From assembly GCA_963811335.1 (NCBI GenBank), contig CAWERB010000021.1:19997-83996 (forward strand): DNA of 64,000 bases. Direction: 5' to 3'. Positions 9,336-19,374 of this stretch are shown one piece after another (position 1 is the stretch's first letter; every line of letters begins with the position of its first letter). The notes under the pieces are model-generated. The model made no database searches. It saw only the letters and a program-made list of their open reading frames with translations, and was not told the DNA's origin. Source of the DNA: an uncultured Actinomycetota bacterium. GTDB taxonomy: Bacteria; Actinomycetota; Actinomycetes; Streptosporangiales; Streptosporangiaceae. The position numbers were made by a program, and so were the translations under genes.

Positions 9336-11480
9336 ATGCGCGCGTCCATGACCATAAGGTCCGCCCTGATATCCGCGCTCGGAGCCGTCGCGCTGGCCGG
9401 CAGCGCGCTCATGGCTCCAGGCGGCGGCGCCACGGCCGTCGCGGCGACCGGGGGCGGCGCCGGGGGCACCGTCGCGGCCGCCGGGGCAGCCGCCGCGGCC
9501 GCCGGGTCCACGGTCAACGTCACGGTGAATGCCGCGGAGGGCCTAGGCACGATCCCGTCCACTGCCTACGGGCTGAACACGGCGGTCTGGGACTCCCAGA
9601 TGAACACGACGCAGACCCAGGGACTGCTCAAGGCGGCGGGCGTGGACATGCTGCGCTACCCGGGCGGCTCCTACGGAGACGCGTACAACTGGCAGGACAA
9701 CACCGTCCAGGGCGGCTTCGTAGCCCCCGGGACGGACTTCGACCAGTTCATGGGCACGGCGCAGGCGACCGGCGCGCAGCCGATCCTCATCGCCAACTAC
9801 GGGACCGGCACCCCGCAGGAGGCGGCGGCCTGGGTCCAGTACGCCAACGTCACCAAGGGTTACGGCGTGAAGTACTGGGAGATCGGCAACGAGCAGTACG
9901 GCGACGGCATCTACGGCGCGAACTGGGAGGCCAACAACTACTCCGACAAGAGCCCGGCGCAGTACGCGACCGAACTGCTCCAGTTCGCCAGCGCGATGAA
10001 GGCGGTCGACCCGTCGATCAAGATCGGGGCCGTGCTGACCCTGCCGGGCAACTGGCCGGACAGCGTGGTGGCCTCCGGTGCGAGCGGGGACTGGAACCAG
10101 CAGGTGCTGTCGATCGCCGGGCCGGCCATCGACTTCGCCATCGTGCACTTCTACCCGCCGAGTTCCCTGGGCGCGTCGGTGGTGAATGCCCCCGATCAGC
10201 TGGGCGGGGAACTGGCCCAGCTTCGCCAGGAGATCAACCAGTACGCTGGCGCTCACGGGCCGGGCATCCAGGTCGCGATGACCGAGACCGACGGGAACAA
10301 CTTCATGGACACCCAGCCCGGGGCGCTGTACGGGGCGGACACCTACCTGACCTCCCTGGAAAATGGCGTGTTCACCGTCGATTACTGGGACCTGCGCAAC
10401 GGCGCGACCGCCATCTCCACGGCGCCCGACGGCGCGACCGACTACGGCGACGAGGGCGTGCTGTCCAGCGGGGGCTGCGTGGGCAGCACCTGCGAGCCCG
10501 CGATGAGCACCCCGTTCCCGTCGTACTACGCGATCTCCATGCTCAGCAAGCTCGGCCTGCCCGGCGACACGATGGTGAACGCGGGCACCGACCAGCAGAT
10601 GGTGACCGCCCACGCGGTGCGCAACGCCAACGGCGACCTGAGCGTCATGCTGATCAACAAGGACCCGGCGAACTCCTACCAGGTCAGCCTGCACTACGCC
10701 GGCTTTACGCCGGCCAGCGCGGCGCCGACCGTCTACGCCTACGGCGATGAGGCGTCATCGATCACCTCCGCGCCGCAGGGCACCAGCGCGAGCCAGGCCC
10801 TGCCCCCGTACTCCATCGAGACGATCGTGCTGCAGCCGCGGGCGGGCACCGCGAGCGCGCTGAGCGCCCCGGGCGCCCCGTCGGCCAGCAACGTGACGGA
10901 CACGCAGGCGACCGTGTCGTGGGCCCCGTCCAGCGGCGGCCAGGTCGACAAGTACGAGGTCTACCGGCAGTTCGGCACCACCAGCGAACTGCTCGGCACC
11001 TCGACGTCCGGCTCGTTCACCGTGCTGAACCTCAATCCCGGCACCGCCTACACGCTCAACGTGGTCGCCGTGGACCACAACGGCTACCAGTCGGTGCCGT
11101 CCGCGCCGGTCCGGTTCACCACCGGCACCCCAGCCCACAGCACCTGCGCGGTGACGTATGACGTGTCGGACGGGTGGGGGAGCGGTTTCGTCGCCAACCT
11201 GACGATCACCAACACCGGGCCGAATGCGATCAACGGCTGGACGCTCGCGTTCTCCTTCCCGTCAAGCACCGAGTCGGTCACCGCGAGCAACTGGAACGGC
11301 AACTGGACCTGGAGCGGGACAAACGTCCAGGTCACCAACCTGAGCTGGAATGGCGACCTCGCGCCCAACTCCGGCAACACGGTGTCCCTGGGCTTCGTCG
11401 CCAACCAGAACGGCGCCTACCCGTCACCGGCGTCCTTCACCTTGAACGGCACCGTCTGCGCCACGACCTACTCCTCGTAG
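9336..11480 (+). CDS. secreted clan GH-A (GH51-like) glycoside hydrolase with FN3 and CBM2
   Basis: LRYPGGS, YWEIGNE acid/base, AMTE nucleophile candidate; FN3 (VSWAP...LNPGTAYTLNVVAVD); C-terminal CBM2; AGGAG RBS. Confidence 0.8.
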   Translation: MRASMTIRSALISALGAVALAGSALMAPGGGATAVAATGGGAGGTVAAAGAAAAAAGSTVNVTVNAAEGLGTIPSTAYGLNTAVWDSQMNTTQTQGLLKAAGVDMLRYPGGSYGDAYNWQDNTVQGGFVAPGTDFDQFMGTAQATGAQPILIANYGTGTPQEAAAWVQYANVTKGYGVKYWEIGNEQYGDGIYGANWEANNYSDKSPAQYATELLQFASAMKAVDPSIKIGAVLTLPGNWPDSVVASGASGDWNQQVLSIAGPAIDFAIVHFYPPSSLGASVVNAPDQLGGELAQLRQEINQYAGAHGPGIQVAMTETDGNNFMDTQPGALYGADTYLTSLENGVFTVDYWDLRNGATAISTAPDGATDYGDEGVLSSGGCVGSTCEPAMSTPFPSYYAISMLSKLGLPGDTMVNAGTDQQMVTAHAVRNANGDLSVMLINKDPANSYQVSLHYAGFTPASAAPTVYAYGDEASSITSAPQGTSASQALPPYSIETIVLQPRAGTASALSAPGAPSASNVTDTQATVSWAPSSGGQVDKYEVYRQFGTTSELLGTSTSGSFTVLNLNPGTAYTLNVVAVDHNGYQSVPSAPVRFTTGTPAHSTCAVTYDVSDGWGSGFVANLTITNTGPNAINGWTLAFSFPSSTESVTASNWNGNWTWSGTNVQVTNLSWNGDLAPNSGNTVSLGFVANQNGAYPSPASFTLNGTVCATTYSS

Positions 11481-11642
11481 CCGCGGGCTCCGCCGCCTGA
11501 CCGCCGCCGTCAGTCGTCGGGCCGCGGCCGCCCATCCGATCATCCCGGGGTCGCGACGCGCTTGGCCGGGAAACGGCGAGGGTGCCGTCGCGGCCGGCCT
11601 GGCGGGCGGCTGCGACGGCACCCGTGTGAGAGCCTGCTCAGG

Positions 11643-13282
<1,640 letters not shown>

Positions 13283-13359
13283 GGTCGCGCTCCTTGCGGA
13301 CGTGAGTCTTTCCTGCACGACGTGCAGGAAGAAAGGCCCGGATGAGCGGCGCGGTGTTC

Positions 13360-13499
13360 GAAGGCGCCTTCCGGAAGCCAACTGGACGGTAAATCTGCCC
13401 GCTGATACCGGTCAAGGAGCGGCCTTGGCGCATGCTGGCAAGCAGGTGCTGGAGGGCGGCCTCGCATGGAACTTTCACGCGCCGCGGCAAGCGCTACCC
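13360..13499. promoter_or_regulatory. CebR/LacI-like operator candidates upstream of the cellulase
   Basis: GAAGGCGCCTTC (13360-13371) and GGCAAGCGCTACCC (13486-13499; compare CebR box TGGGAGCGCTCCCA). Confidence 0.4.
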
Positions 13500-13655
13500 G
13501 AAGGATTCAGCTTGACCGGCTCTCCCGTGCCAGCCGTCAGGGTGGACGACATGCTGGCACGACTCATGACTAGCCGGCAGCCGAACGTCCGATGCGCCAC
13601 CCGGGTAGGCTTGTACCTGAGATAGCAGTGCAGGGGCTGCGGGAAGAAGGCAGAC

Positions 13656-14012
13656 ATGGTTGAGGCTGCTGACATCCGGGAATGGCGTGGCCATGACGTG
13701 GTCGACGCCGAGGGCCACAAAATCGGCGCGATGGAGTCCGTCTACGTGGACACCGCCACCGACCTGCCGTCGTTCGGCACGGTCACGATCGGGCTGCCGG
13801 GTCGGCACCGGCTGGTGTTCGTGCCCATTGACCACGCGACCGTGGGCCCCGGGTACGTCAAGGTCCCCTACGACAAAAAGCAGGTGAAAGACGCCCCGTC
13901 GATCGGCACTGACAGCGTTCTGCCCGCGGGCGCTGAAGAGGCGGTCTTCCAGCACTACGGCCTGGCGTACCAGTCAGGCGCCGGCGGTGAGCGGCGGCTG
14001 GCCCGCCGCTGA
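13656..14012 (+). CDS. PRC-barrel domain protein
   Basis: WRGHDVVDAEGHKIG...VYVD...FVP...VKDAPSI. Confidence 0.85.
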   Translation: MVEAADIREWRGHDVVDAEGHKIGAMESVYVDTATDLPSFGTVTIGLPGRHRLVFVPIDHATVGPGYVKVPYDKKQVKDAPSIGTDSVLPAGAEEAVFQHYGLAYQSGAGGERRLARR

Positions 14013-14037
14013 GCCGCCCGACTGAGCGGAGAATCAG

Positions 14038-14208
14038 ATGATTGCCCTTTTCCTGCTACTGATAATCGTGGCGATCGCGCTGGGCATCGTGGGCGTCGTC
14101 GCGAAGGGACTGCTGTACCTGCTGATCATCGGCATCGTCGTGTTCCTCGCCGCTATCCTCCTGGGTGCCCTGCGGATGCGGCGGCCCGGCCGGCGGCAGG
14201 CTAGGTAG
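14038..14208 (+). CDS. small two-TM hydrophobic protein (56 aa, absent from ORF track)
   Basis: GGAG RBS; MIALFLLLIIVAIALGIVGVVAKGLLYLLIIGIVVFLAAILLGALRMRRPGRRQAR*. Confidence 0.75.
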   Translation: MIALFLLLIIVAIALGIVGVVAKGLLYLLIIGIVVFLAAILLGALRMRRPGRRQAR

Positions 14209-14387
14209 CCCTGGGGTTGCCGGGCGCGGGCTCGGGGGAGTGCCGGGGCTTTTCCCGGTCGGGGAGGCTGTCGGCGGGTGCGCTGGGCGTCGAGGAGCTG
14301 CCCGGCCTGCTTCCAGGCCCGGTTGCCGTGGCGGTCGAACTGGAGCCGGTCGAGGAGCAGCGCCGCGGAAGGCCAGGCGGGCTGGAT

Positions 14388-17225
14388 GTGAATTACGATG
14401 GCCCGGTGCCTCCCAGGTTGCGCAGCCGACAGCACCAGATCGACGTGCTGCGCGGTCAGTTGACCGCTCTCGGCGCCGGGCGTGGCAGCGTCGTCCTCGT
14501 CACCGGGCCCGCAGGCGTGGGGAAGACCACGCTGCTAGCCGAGGCCGCGAGGCTGGCCACGGACGGCGGGATCCCGGTGTTCCGCGGCGGCGGGGATCCT
14601 GCGGCTCGGGCGGTCCCGCTCGGGGCGATCCTGGACGCCCTTGTCTCGACGGACGACCCGCCCGTCGATCCCGCGCGGCTCCACGAACTCAGCCAGTCTC
14701 CCGACCAGCGGTTCTGGCTGGTGCGCGAGCTGCAGGAATCACTCGAGAAAGCGGCGCACCGGGCACCGCTGCTTGTGGTGGTCGATGACCTGCAATGGGC
14801 CGACGCCGCCTCCGCCAGCGCCCTGGTCACGCTGTCCAGCCGACTGGCCACACACCGGATCAGCTGGCTACTGGCGCTGCGCCGCGGGGAGCTGGCGGAC
14901 GCTGCGCTGGACGCGGTTGGCCGGATGGAGGCGGCGGGCGCGTCCGAGATCCGGCTAGGCCGCCTGGATGAGACCGAGGTCGCGCAGGTTGCCCTGGACA
15001 TGCTCGGCGGCGAGCCCGATAACGCGCTGCGGGAGGTGCTCAGCCGGGCGGAGGGCCAGCCGTTCCTGCTGACCGAGCTGCTTCGTGGGCTGCTTACGGA
15101 AGACCTCGTGACCGTCGAAGGCGGCACGGCCAGACTGGCCGCGGGCGCGCCCCTGCCACGCCGGCTCGTCGGTTCGGTGGCCGCCCAGCTTGCGCGGCTG
15201 ACCGTGCCCGCCAGGGATGCCGTGGAGATGGCTTCGGTGCTCGGGCACAGCTTTTCCCTCGATGAGCTGGCCGGGCTGCTCGGCCTGCTGCTGCTGGGTC
15301 TGCGGAGCGAGATCAGGGAGGCGATGGCCGCGGGGCTGCTGACCGAGAAGGGGGACCGTCTCGGGTTCCGGCATGACCTGGTGCGCGAGGCCGTCGATGC
15401 CAGCCTGCCTAAAGCGGTCCGGCGCAGCATGCGCCGCACCGCGGTCGAGGTGATGCTTCAGCACGGGGCTTCGGCCGCCGACGTCGCGCAGCTGGTCATG
15501 GACGTCGCCGAGCCGGGCGACGTAGCCTCGGCCGGCCTGCTGCGGCGGGCAGCGGCACAGATCGGGCAGGTGTCTCCGGCGGTGGCGGCCCCTTTGTCCC
15601 GCCGTGCCCTGGACCTCATGCCGCGTGGCGGGCCCGGGCGCGGCGAGGCAGCCGTACAGGCCATCGATCTGCTCGTGCAGGCCGGCCGGGCCGCCGAGGC
15701 GGCTAAGTTCCTTGCCGCGTCGGAGAGCGACCTGGCCGATCCCGTTGCGCAGGCGCAGGCGCGGCTGGGCATCGGCATGCTGATGGCCCAGTATGCCCCC
15801 GCGGCGGTCGCTGAGCAGTGCCAGGCGGCCCTGCGACTGCCGGGCATCCCGTCGGCCCTGCGCGTCCAGCTGCTGTCCCTGCTGGCCTGCGGCCTGGACA
15901 TCAGCGGCGAGGCGGACGCGGCGGCCGGGCCCGTCGCGGAAGCGGTCGCGGAGGCGGCGGCTAGCGGCGAGCCCGCTGCCGAGATCGTCACGTTCGTGCC
16001 GCGGGCCCTGCTCGCCTTCGCCCAGGGCGACTGGCGGGGAGCCATCGGCTTGGCGGGCGAGGCGGCCAGGCGCCAGCACGAGGCGAACGAGCTCCGGCTG
16101 TGGCTGCCGGAGACGTGGAAGTCGCTGCTGCTGATCTCGGTGCTGCGGCTGGAGGAGGCAAACGCGATCATCGAGGCCGGCACCCGCGAGGCTGAGAATG
16201 CGTGCAGGAACATCCGGATCTGGTCCATGCTGCGGTGCCGGGCACGGCTGGCCGCCGGGCAGCTCGCCGACGCCCGCGCCGAGGCCGAGGCGGTCCTGGG
16301 CATGTCCGACGAGATCGGCGACGAGAGCTTCGGCTACCTCAACCACATCGCCAGTTACGTCCTCGGCGACATCGCGCTGCGTACCGGCGATCCCGTCGCG
16401 CTGCGGACCGCCCGGCGGGATGCGGCGGCGCTTTACGGGACGGCCGACGGCTGCGCGACCACCCAGCGCCTCGGCGCGTGGCTCACCGCCCGCCTGGGCG
16501 GCCCTATCGGCCCGGAGCTGCTCGACGTCCTTAAGCCCGGGTTCGTGCACGCCTGCAGCCCGCTCGCCCATTCCGACGTGGTCGAGCTGGTCCGGCTGCT
16601 GCTGGCGGCAGGGCAGCGGCTGGACGCCGCCTCCGTCACCGCGCGGCTGGAGAACGATGCGGACGGGAATCGGGGCTTTCCTGGGCTGCGCTCCGCCGCT
16701 CTGCACGCGCGCGCACTCCTTGAAAAGGATCCCGAACGGGCTCTGGCCGCTGCCCAGGCATACCGCGGTGACCCTCGGTCGTTGGTCCGCGCGGCGGCGT
16801 TTGAGGATGTCGGGCGGCTGCTACCGGAACGGGCGAAGGACGAGGCGATCGGCTACCTGGACGAGGCGCTGCGGCTGCAGTCCGCCGCGGGTGCCGAACG
16901 AGACGCGGCACGTGTCCGCCGCCTGCTCCGCGACCGCGGCGAGCAGCGGGCAGGCGGGCGGACCGACCCCGCCGCGGCGCGCTGGCCGGAGCTGACCGCC
17001 TCTGAGCTCGCAGTCGTCCTGCTGGTAATCCAGGGCGCGACCGACCGTGAGGTCGCCCAGCGGCTTTACATCTCCGCGCACACGGTGAACTCGCACCTGC
17101 GCCACGTTTTCGCCAAGCTCGGTATCCGGTCCCGGGTCGAGCTGGCGCACCGGGCCGGCCAGCGCCAGGCGGCGGAGTTACCTGGTCCTGGTCCTCGACG
17201 TAACGGACGTAGCTCGCGAACTTGA
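14388..17225 (+). CDS. large ATP-binding LuxR-family (LAL) regulator
   Basis: Walker A GPAGVGKT, VDDLQWAD, FRHDLVRE, C-terminal LuxR HTH LTASE...TVNSHLRHVFAKLG; start approximate. Confidence 0.9.
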   Translation: MNYDGPVPPRLRSRQHQIDVLRGQLTALGAGRGSVVLVTGPAGVGKTTLLAEAARLATDGGIPVFRGGGDPAARAVPLGAILDALVSTDDPPVDPARLHELSQSPDQRFWLVRELQESLEKAAHRAPLLVVVDDLQWADAASASALVTLSSRLATHRISWLLALRRGELADAALDAVGRMEAAGASEIRLGRLDETEVAQVALDMLGGEPDNALREVLSRAEGQPFLLTELLRGLLTEDLVTVEGGTARLAAGAPLPRRLVGSVAAQLARLTVPARDAVEMASVLGHSFSLDELAGLLGLLLLGLRSEIREAMAAGLLTEKGDRLGFRHDLVREAVDASLPKAVRRSMRRTAVEVMLQHGASAADVAQLVMDVAEPGDVASAGLLRRAAAQIGQVSPAVAAPLSRRALDLMPRGGPGRGEAAVQAIDLLVQAGRAAEAAKFLAASESDLADPVAQAQARLGIGMLMAQYAPAAVAEQCQAALRLPGIPSALRVQLLSLLACGLDISGEADAAAGPVAEAVAEAAASGEPAAEIVTFVPRALLAFAQGDWRGAIGLAGEAARRQHEANELRLWLPETWKSLLLISVLRLEEANAIIEAGTREAENACRNIRIWSMLRCRARLAAGQLADARAEAEAVLGMSDEIGDESFGYLNHIASYVLGDIALRTGDPVALRTARRDAAALYGTADGCATTQRLGAWLTARLGGPIGPELLDVLKPGFVHACSPLAHSDVVELVRLLLAAGQRLDAASVTARLENDADGNRGFPGLRSAALHARALLEKDPERALAAAQAYRGDPRSLVRAAAFEDVGRLLPERAKDEAIGYLDEALRLQSAAGAERDAARVRRLLRDRGEQRAGGRTDPAAARWPELTASELAVVLLVIQGATDREVAQRLYISAHTVNSHLRHVFAKLGIRSRVELAHRAGQRQAAELPGPGPRRNGRSSRT

Positions 17226-17519
17226 TGGTTTCATCTCCTTCATTCCGCGGTGATCGCCAGTATCGGCGTCCGCCGCCGTGCCGCGCATCACTCATCCCGG
17301 CTATCCCCGCCAGGGCCAGGCCAGGCAGCGGTTTATCACTTGATCAAGTCATGTGCCGAGTGCGCGCCACGCAGCAGACTCGGCGGCATGCCCATGTCAC
17401 TGGTCGGCCACTCAATGGGCACCGGCGACGTGGCCGGACCTGGGCCGGTACGGATCGGGGGCAGGTCAGCAAGGCGGTACTCGCCTCGCCGATCCCTCAT
17501 CCCATTCCTGGAGGACCGC

Positions 17520-18320
17520 ATGACCGCACCACCCATCCCCGTTGTCTTCATCCACGGCCTGTGGATCCACTCCGATGCCTGGCAGCCCTGGGTTGAGCTG
17601 TACCGCGCGGCCGGCTACCACGCGATAGCGCCTGGCTGGCCCGGCGACTCGGCCAGCGCGGACGACACGCGGAAGAACCCGTCAGCCGTCGCGGGCAAGG
17701 GCATCGACGACATCACCAGCAGCTACCTCGACGAGATCAGCCGCCTGCCAGCCAGGCCGATCGTGATCGGCCACTCGTTCGGCGGCCTCGTCGCGCAGAA
17801 GCTGCTGGCCGGGGGTGCGGCCGTAGCGGCGGCCGCGATCGACCCGGGCCAGATCAAGGGGGTCAAGCCGCTGCCGTTTGCCCAGATTCGTTCCGGGTTT
17901 CCGGTGCTGTCCAGGCCAGGCAACAAGAAGCGCGCGGTAGCGCTCACGAAGAAGCAGTTCCGCTACGGCTTTGGCAACGCGCTCACCGAGAGGGAATCGG
18001 GCGAGCTGTTCGACCGGTACGCGATCCCCGGGCCCGGCAGGCCGCTCTTTGAGGCATCGGCCGCGAACTTCAGTAAGTCGTCTCCGGCTGCCGTCGATAC
18101 CAGCAAGCGGGACCGCGGGCCCCTGCTGATCGTCGCCGGAGGCAGGGACCACACCGTGCCGGAGGTGGTGGCCCGGGCCGCCTACAAGCTCTACTCCGGC
18201 TCAGGGGCAGTCACCGATTACCACGTGTTTCCCGACCGCGGCCACTCGCTCGTCTTCGATCACGGGTGGCGCGAAGTCGCCGACCTCACCCTGTCCTGGC
18301 TCGCCCGCCAGGGCCTGTGA
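17520..18320 (+). CDS. alpha/beta hydrolase (non-heme chloroperoxidase-like)
   Basis: FIHGLW, GHSFGG, DHTVP, RGHSL; GGAGG RBS. Confidence 0.85.
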   Translation: MTAPPIPVVFIHGLWIHSDAWQPWVELYRAAGYHAIAPGWPGDSASADDTRKNPSAVAGKGIDDITSSYLDEISRLPARPIVIGHSFGGLVAQKLLAGGAAVAAAAIDPGQIKGVKPLPFAQIRSGFPVLSRPGNKKRAVALTKKQFRYGFGNALTERESGELFDRYAIPGPGRPLFEASAANFSKSSPAAVDTSKRDRGPLLIVAGGRDHTVPEVVARAAYKLYSGSGAVTDYHVFPDRGHSLVFDHGWREVADLTLSWLARQGL

Positions 18321-18350
18321 CAACACCCTGCCAACGAAAGGACACCCTTC

Positions 18351-19193
18351 ATGCGCACGTCACTGAAGTCCGGCACCCGGAAGACGCGATTCGCGGCGAT
18401 CGGCCTTGCCCTCGCCGGCCTCGTCGGAATCCCCGGCGCGGTCGCTTCCGCCGCGACCGGCAGCCAGTCGCACGACCAGGCGAGTTCGGCGGTCAAGCCG
18501 ACCATCGTGCTGGAGCACGGCGCCTGGGCCGACGGGTCAAGCTGGAGCGGCGTCGTCACCCGGCTGCAGCAGGACGGGTACACCGTTGACGTCCCTCCGA
18601 ACCCGCTGCGCGGGCCTGCCAGCGACTCGGCCTACCTGGCCAGCTACCTCGCCAGCGTGCCTGGGCCGATTGTGCTGGTTGGCCACTCCTACGGCGGCTT
18701 CGTCACCACCAACGCGGCCGCCGGCGACAAGAACGTCAAGGCCCTCGTCTACGTCGACGCTTTCATCCCCGCCCAGGGCGACACCATCAACGGCCTCACC
18801 GCGCAGTTCCCGGGCAGCCAGCTCGCGCCGTCCGCCCTGAGCTTCGTCCCGTCCCCCGGCGGCGTCACCGACGTGTACGTCAAGCCCTCGCAGTTCCGCG
18901 GCATCCTCGCCAACGACCTGTCCGCCAGCCAGGCGGCGGAGCTCGCCGCCACCCAGCGGCCGATCGCGGCAACCGCGCTGACCGAACCGTCCGGGCCGTC
19001 GGCCTGGACCGGCATCCCCAGCTGGGACGTGATCGGAACGGCCGACCACGCGATCCCGCCGGCCGCACAGGAATTCATGGCCGCCCGCGCGCACGCCACG
19101 GTAACGAAGATCAACGCCTCGCACCTGTCGATGGTCTCCCACCCGGGGACCGTCGCCACCGTGATCGAGCAGGCCGCCCGCGCCACCTCCTAG
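18351..19193 (+). CDS. secreted alpha/beta hydrolase (Abhydrolase_6)
   Basis: Signal peptide; KPTIVLEHGAWAD, GHSYGG, DHAIP, ASHLSMVSHP. Confidence 0.85.
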   Translation: MRTSLKSGTRKTRFAAIGLALAGLVGIPGAVASAATGSQSHDQASSAVKPTIVLEHGAWADGSSWSGVVTRLQQDGYTVDVPPNPLRGPASDSAYLASYLASVPGPIVLVGHSYGGFVTTNAAAGDKNVKALVYVDAFIPAQGDTINGLTAQFPGSQLAPSALSFVPSPGGVTDVYVKPSQFRGILANDLSASQAAELAATQRPIAATALTEPSGPSAWTGIPSWDVIGTADHAIPPAAQEFMAARAHATVTKINASHLSMVSHPGTVATVIEQAARATS

Positions 19194-19297
19194 CACACGA
19201 CGCCAGCGAACGCCGGACGACGAGCTACGGGCGAGTCGCTCCGGCGTTCCGGCACAAAAGCGGCGTACGCCCTGAGTAACGGCGTTCGACTCGGCCT

Positions 19298-19358
19298 GGA
19301 GCGGCGGGCTGCTAAACCGTCGGCTCAGCCTACGGTGGTTAGAACCCAGCACCTGCCA
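19298..19358 (+). pseudogene. degenerate tRNA-Tyr-like fragment
   Basis: CTGCTAAACCGTCGGCTCAGCCTACGGTGGTTAGAACCCAGCACCTGCCA: long variable arm, mutated T-loop, acceptor strand ACCTGCCA; 5' part missing. Confidence 0.6.
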
Positions 19359-19374
19359 TAACAGGGGCCTTACC

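Noticed and set aside
14260-14370. Coding-like minus-strand peptide ALLLDRLQFDRHGNRAWKQAGQLLDAQ
   Set aside because: May be a remnant, but no family could be recognised
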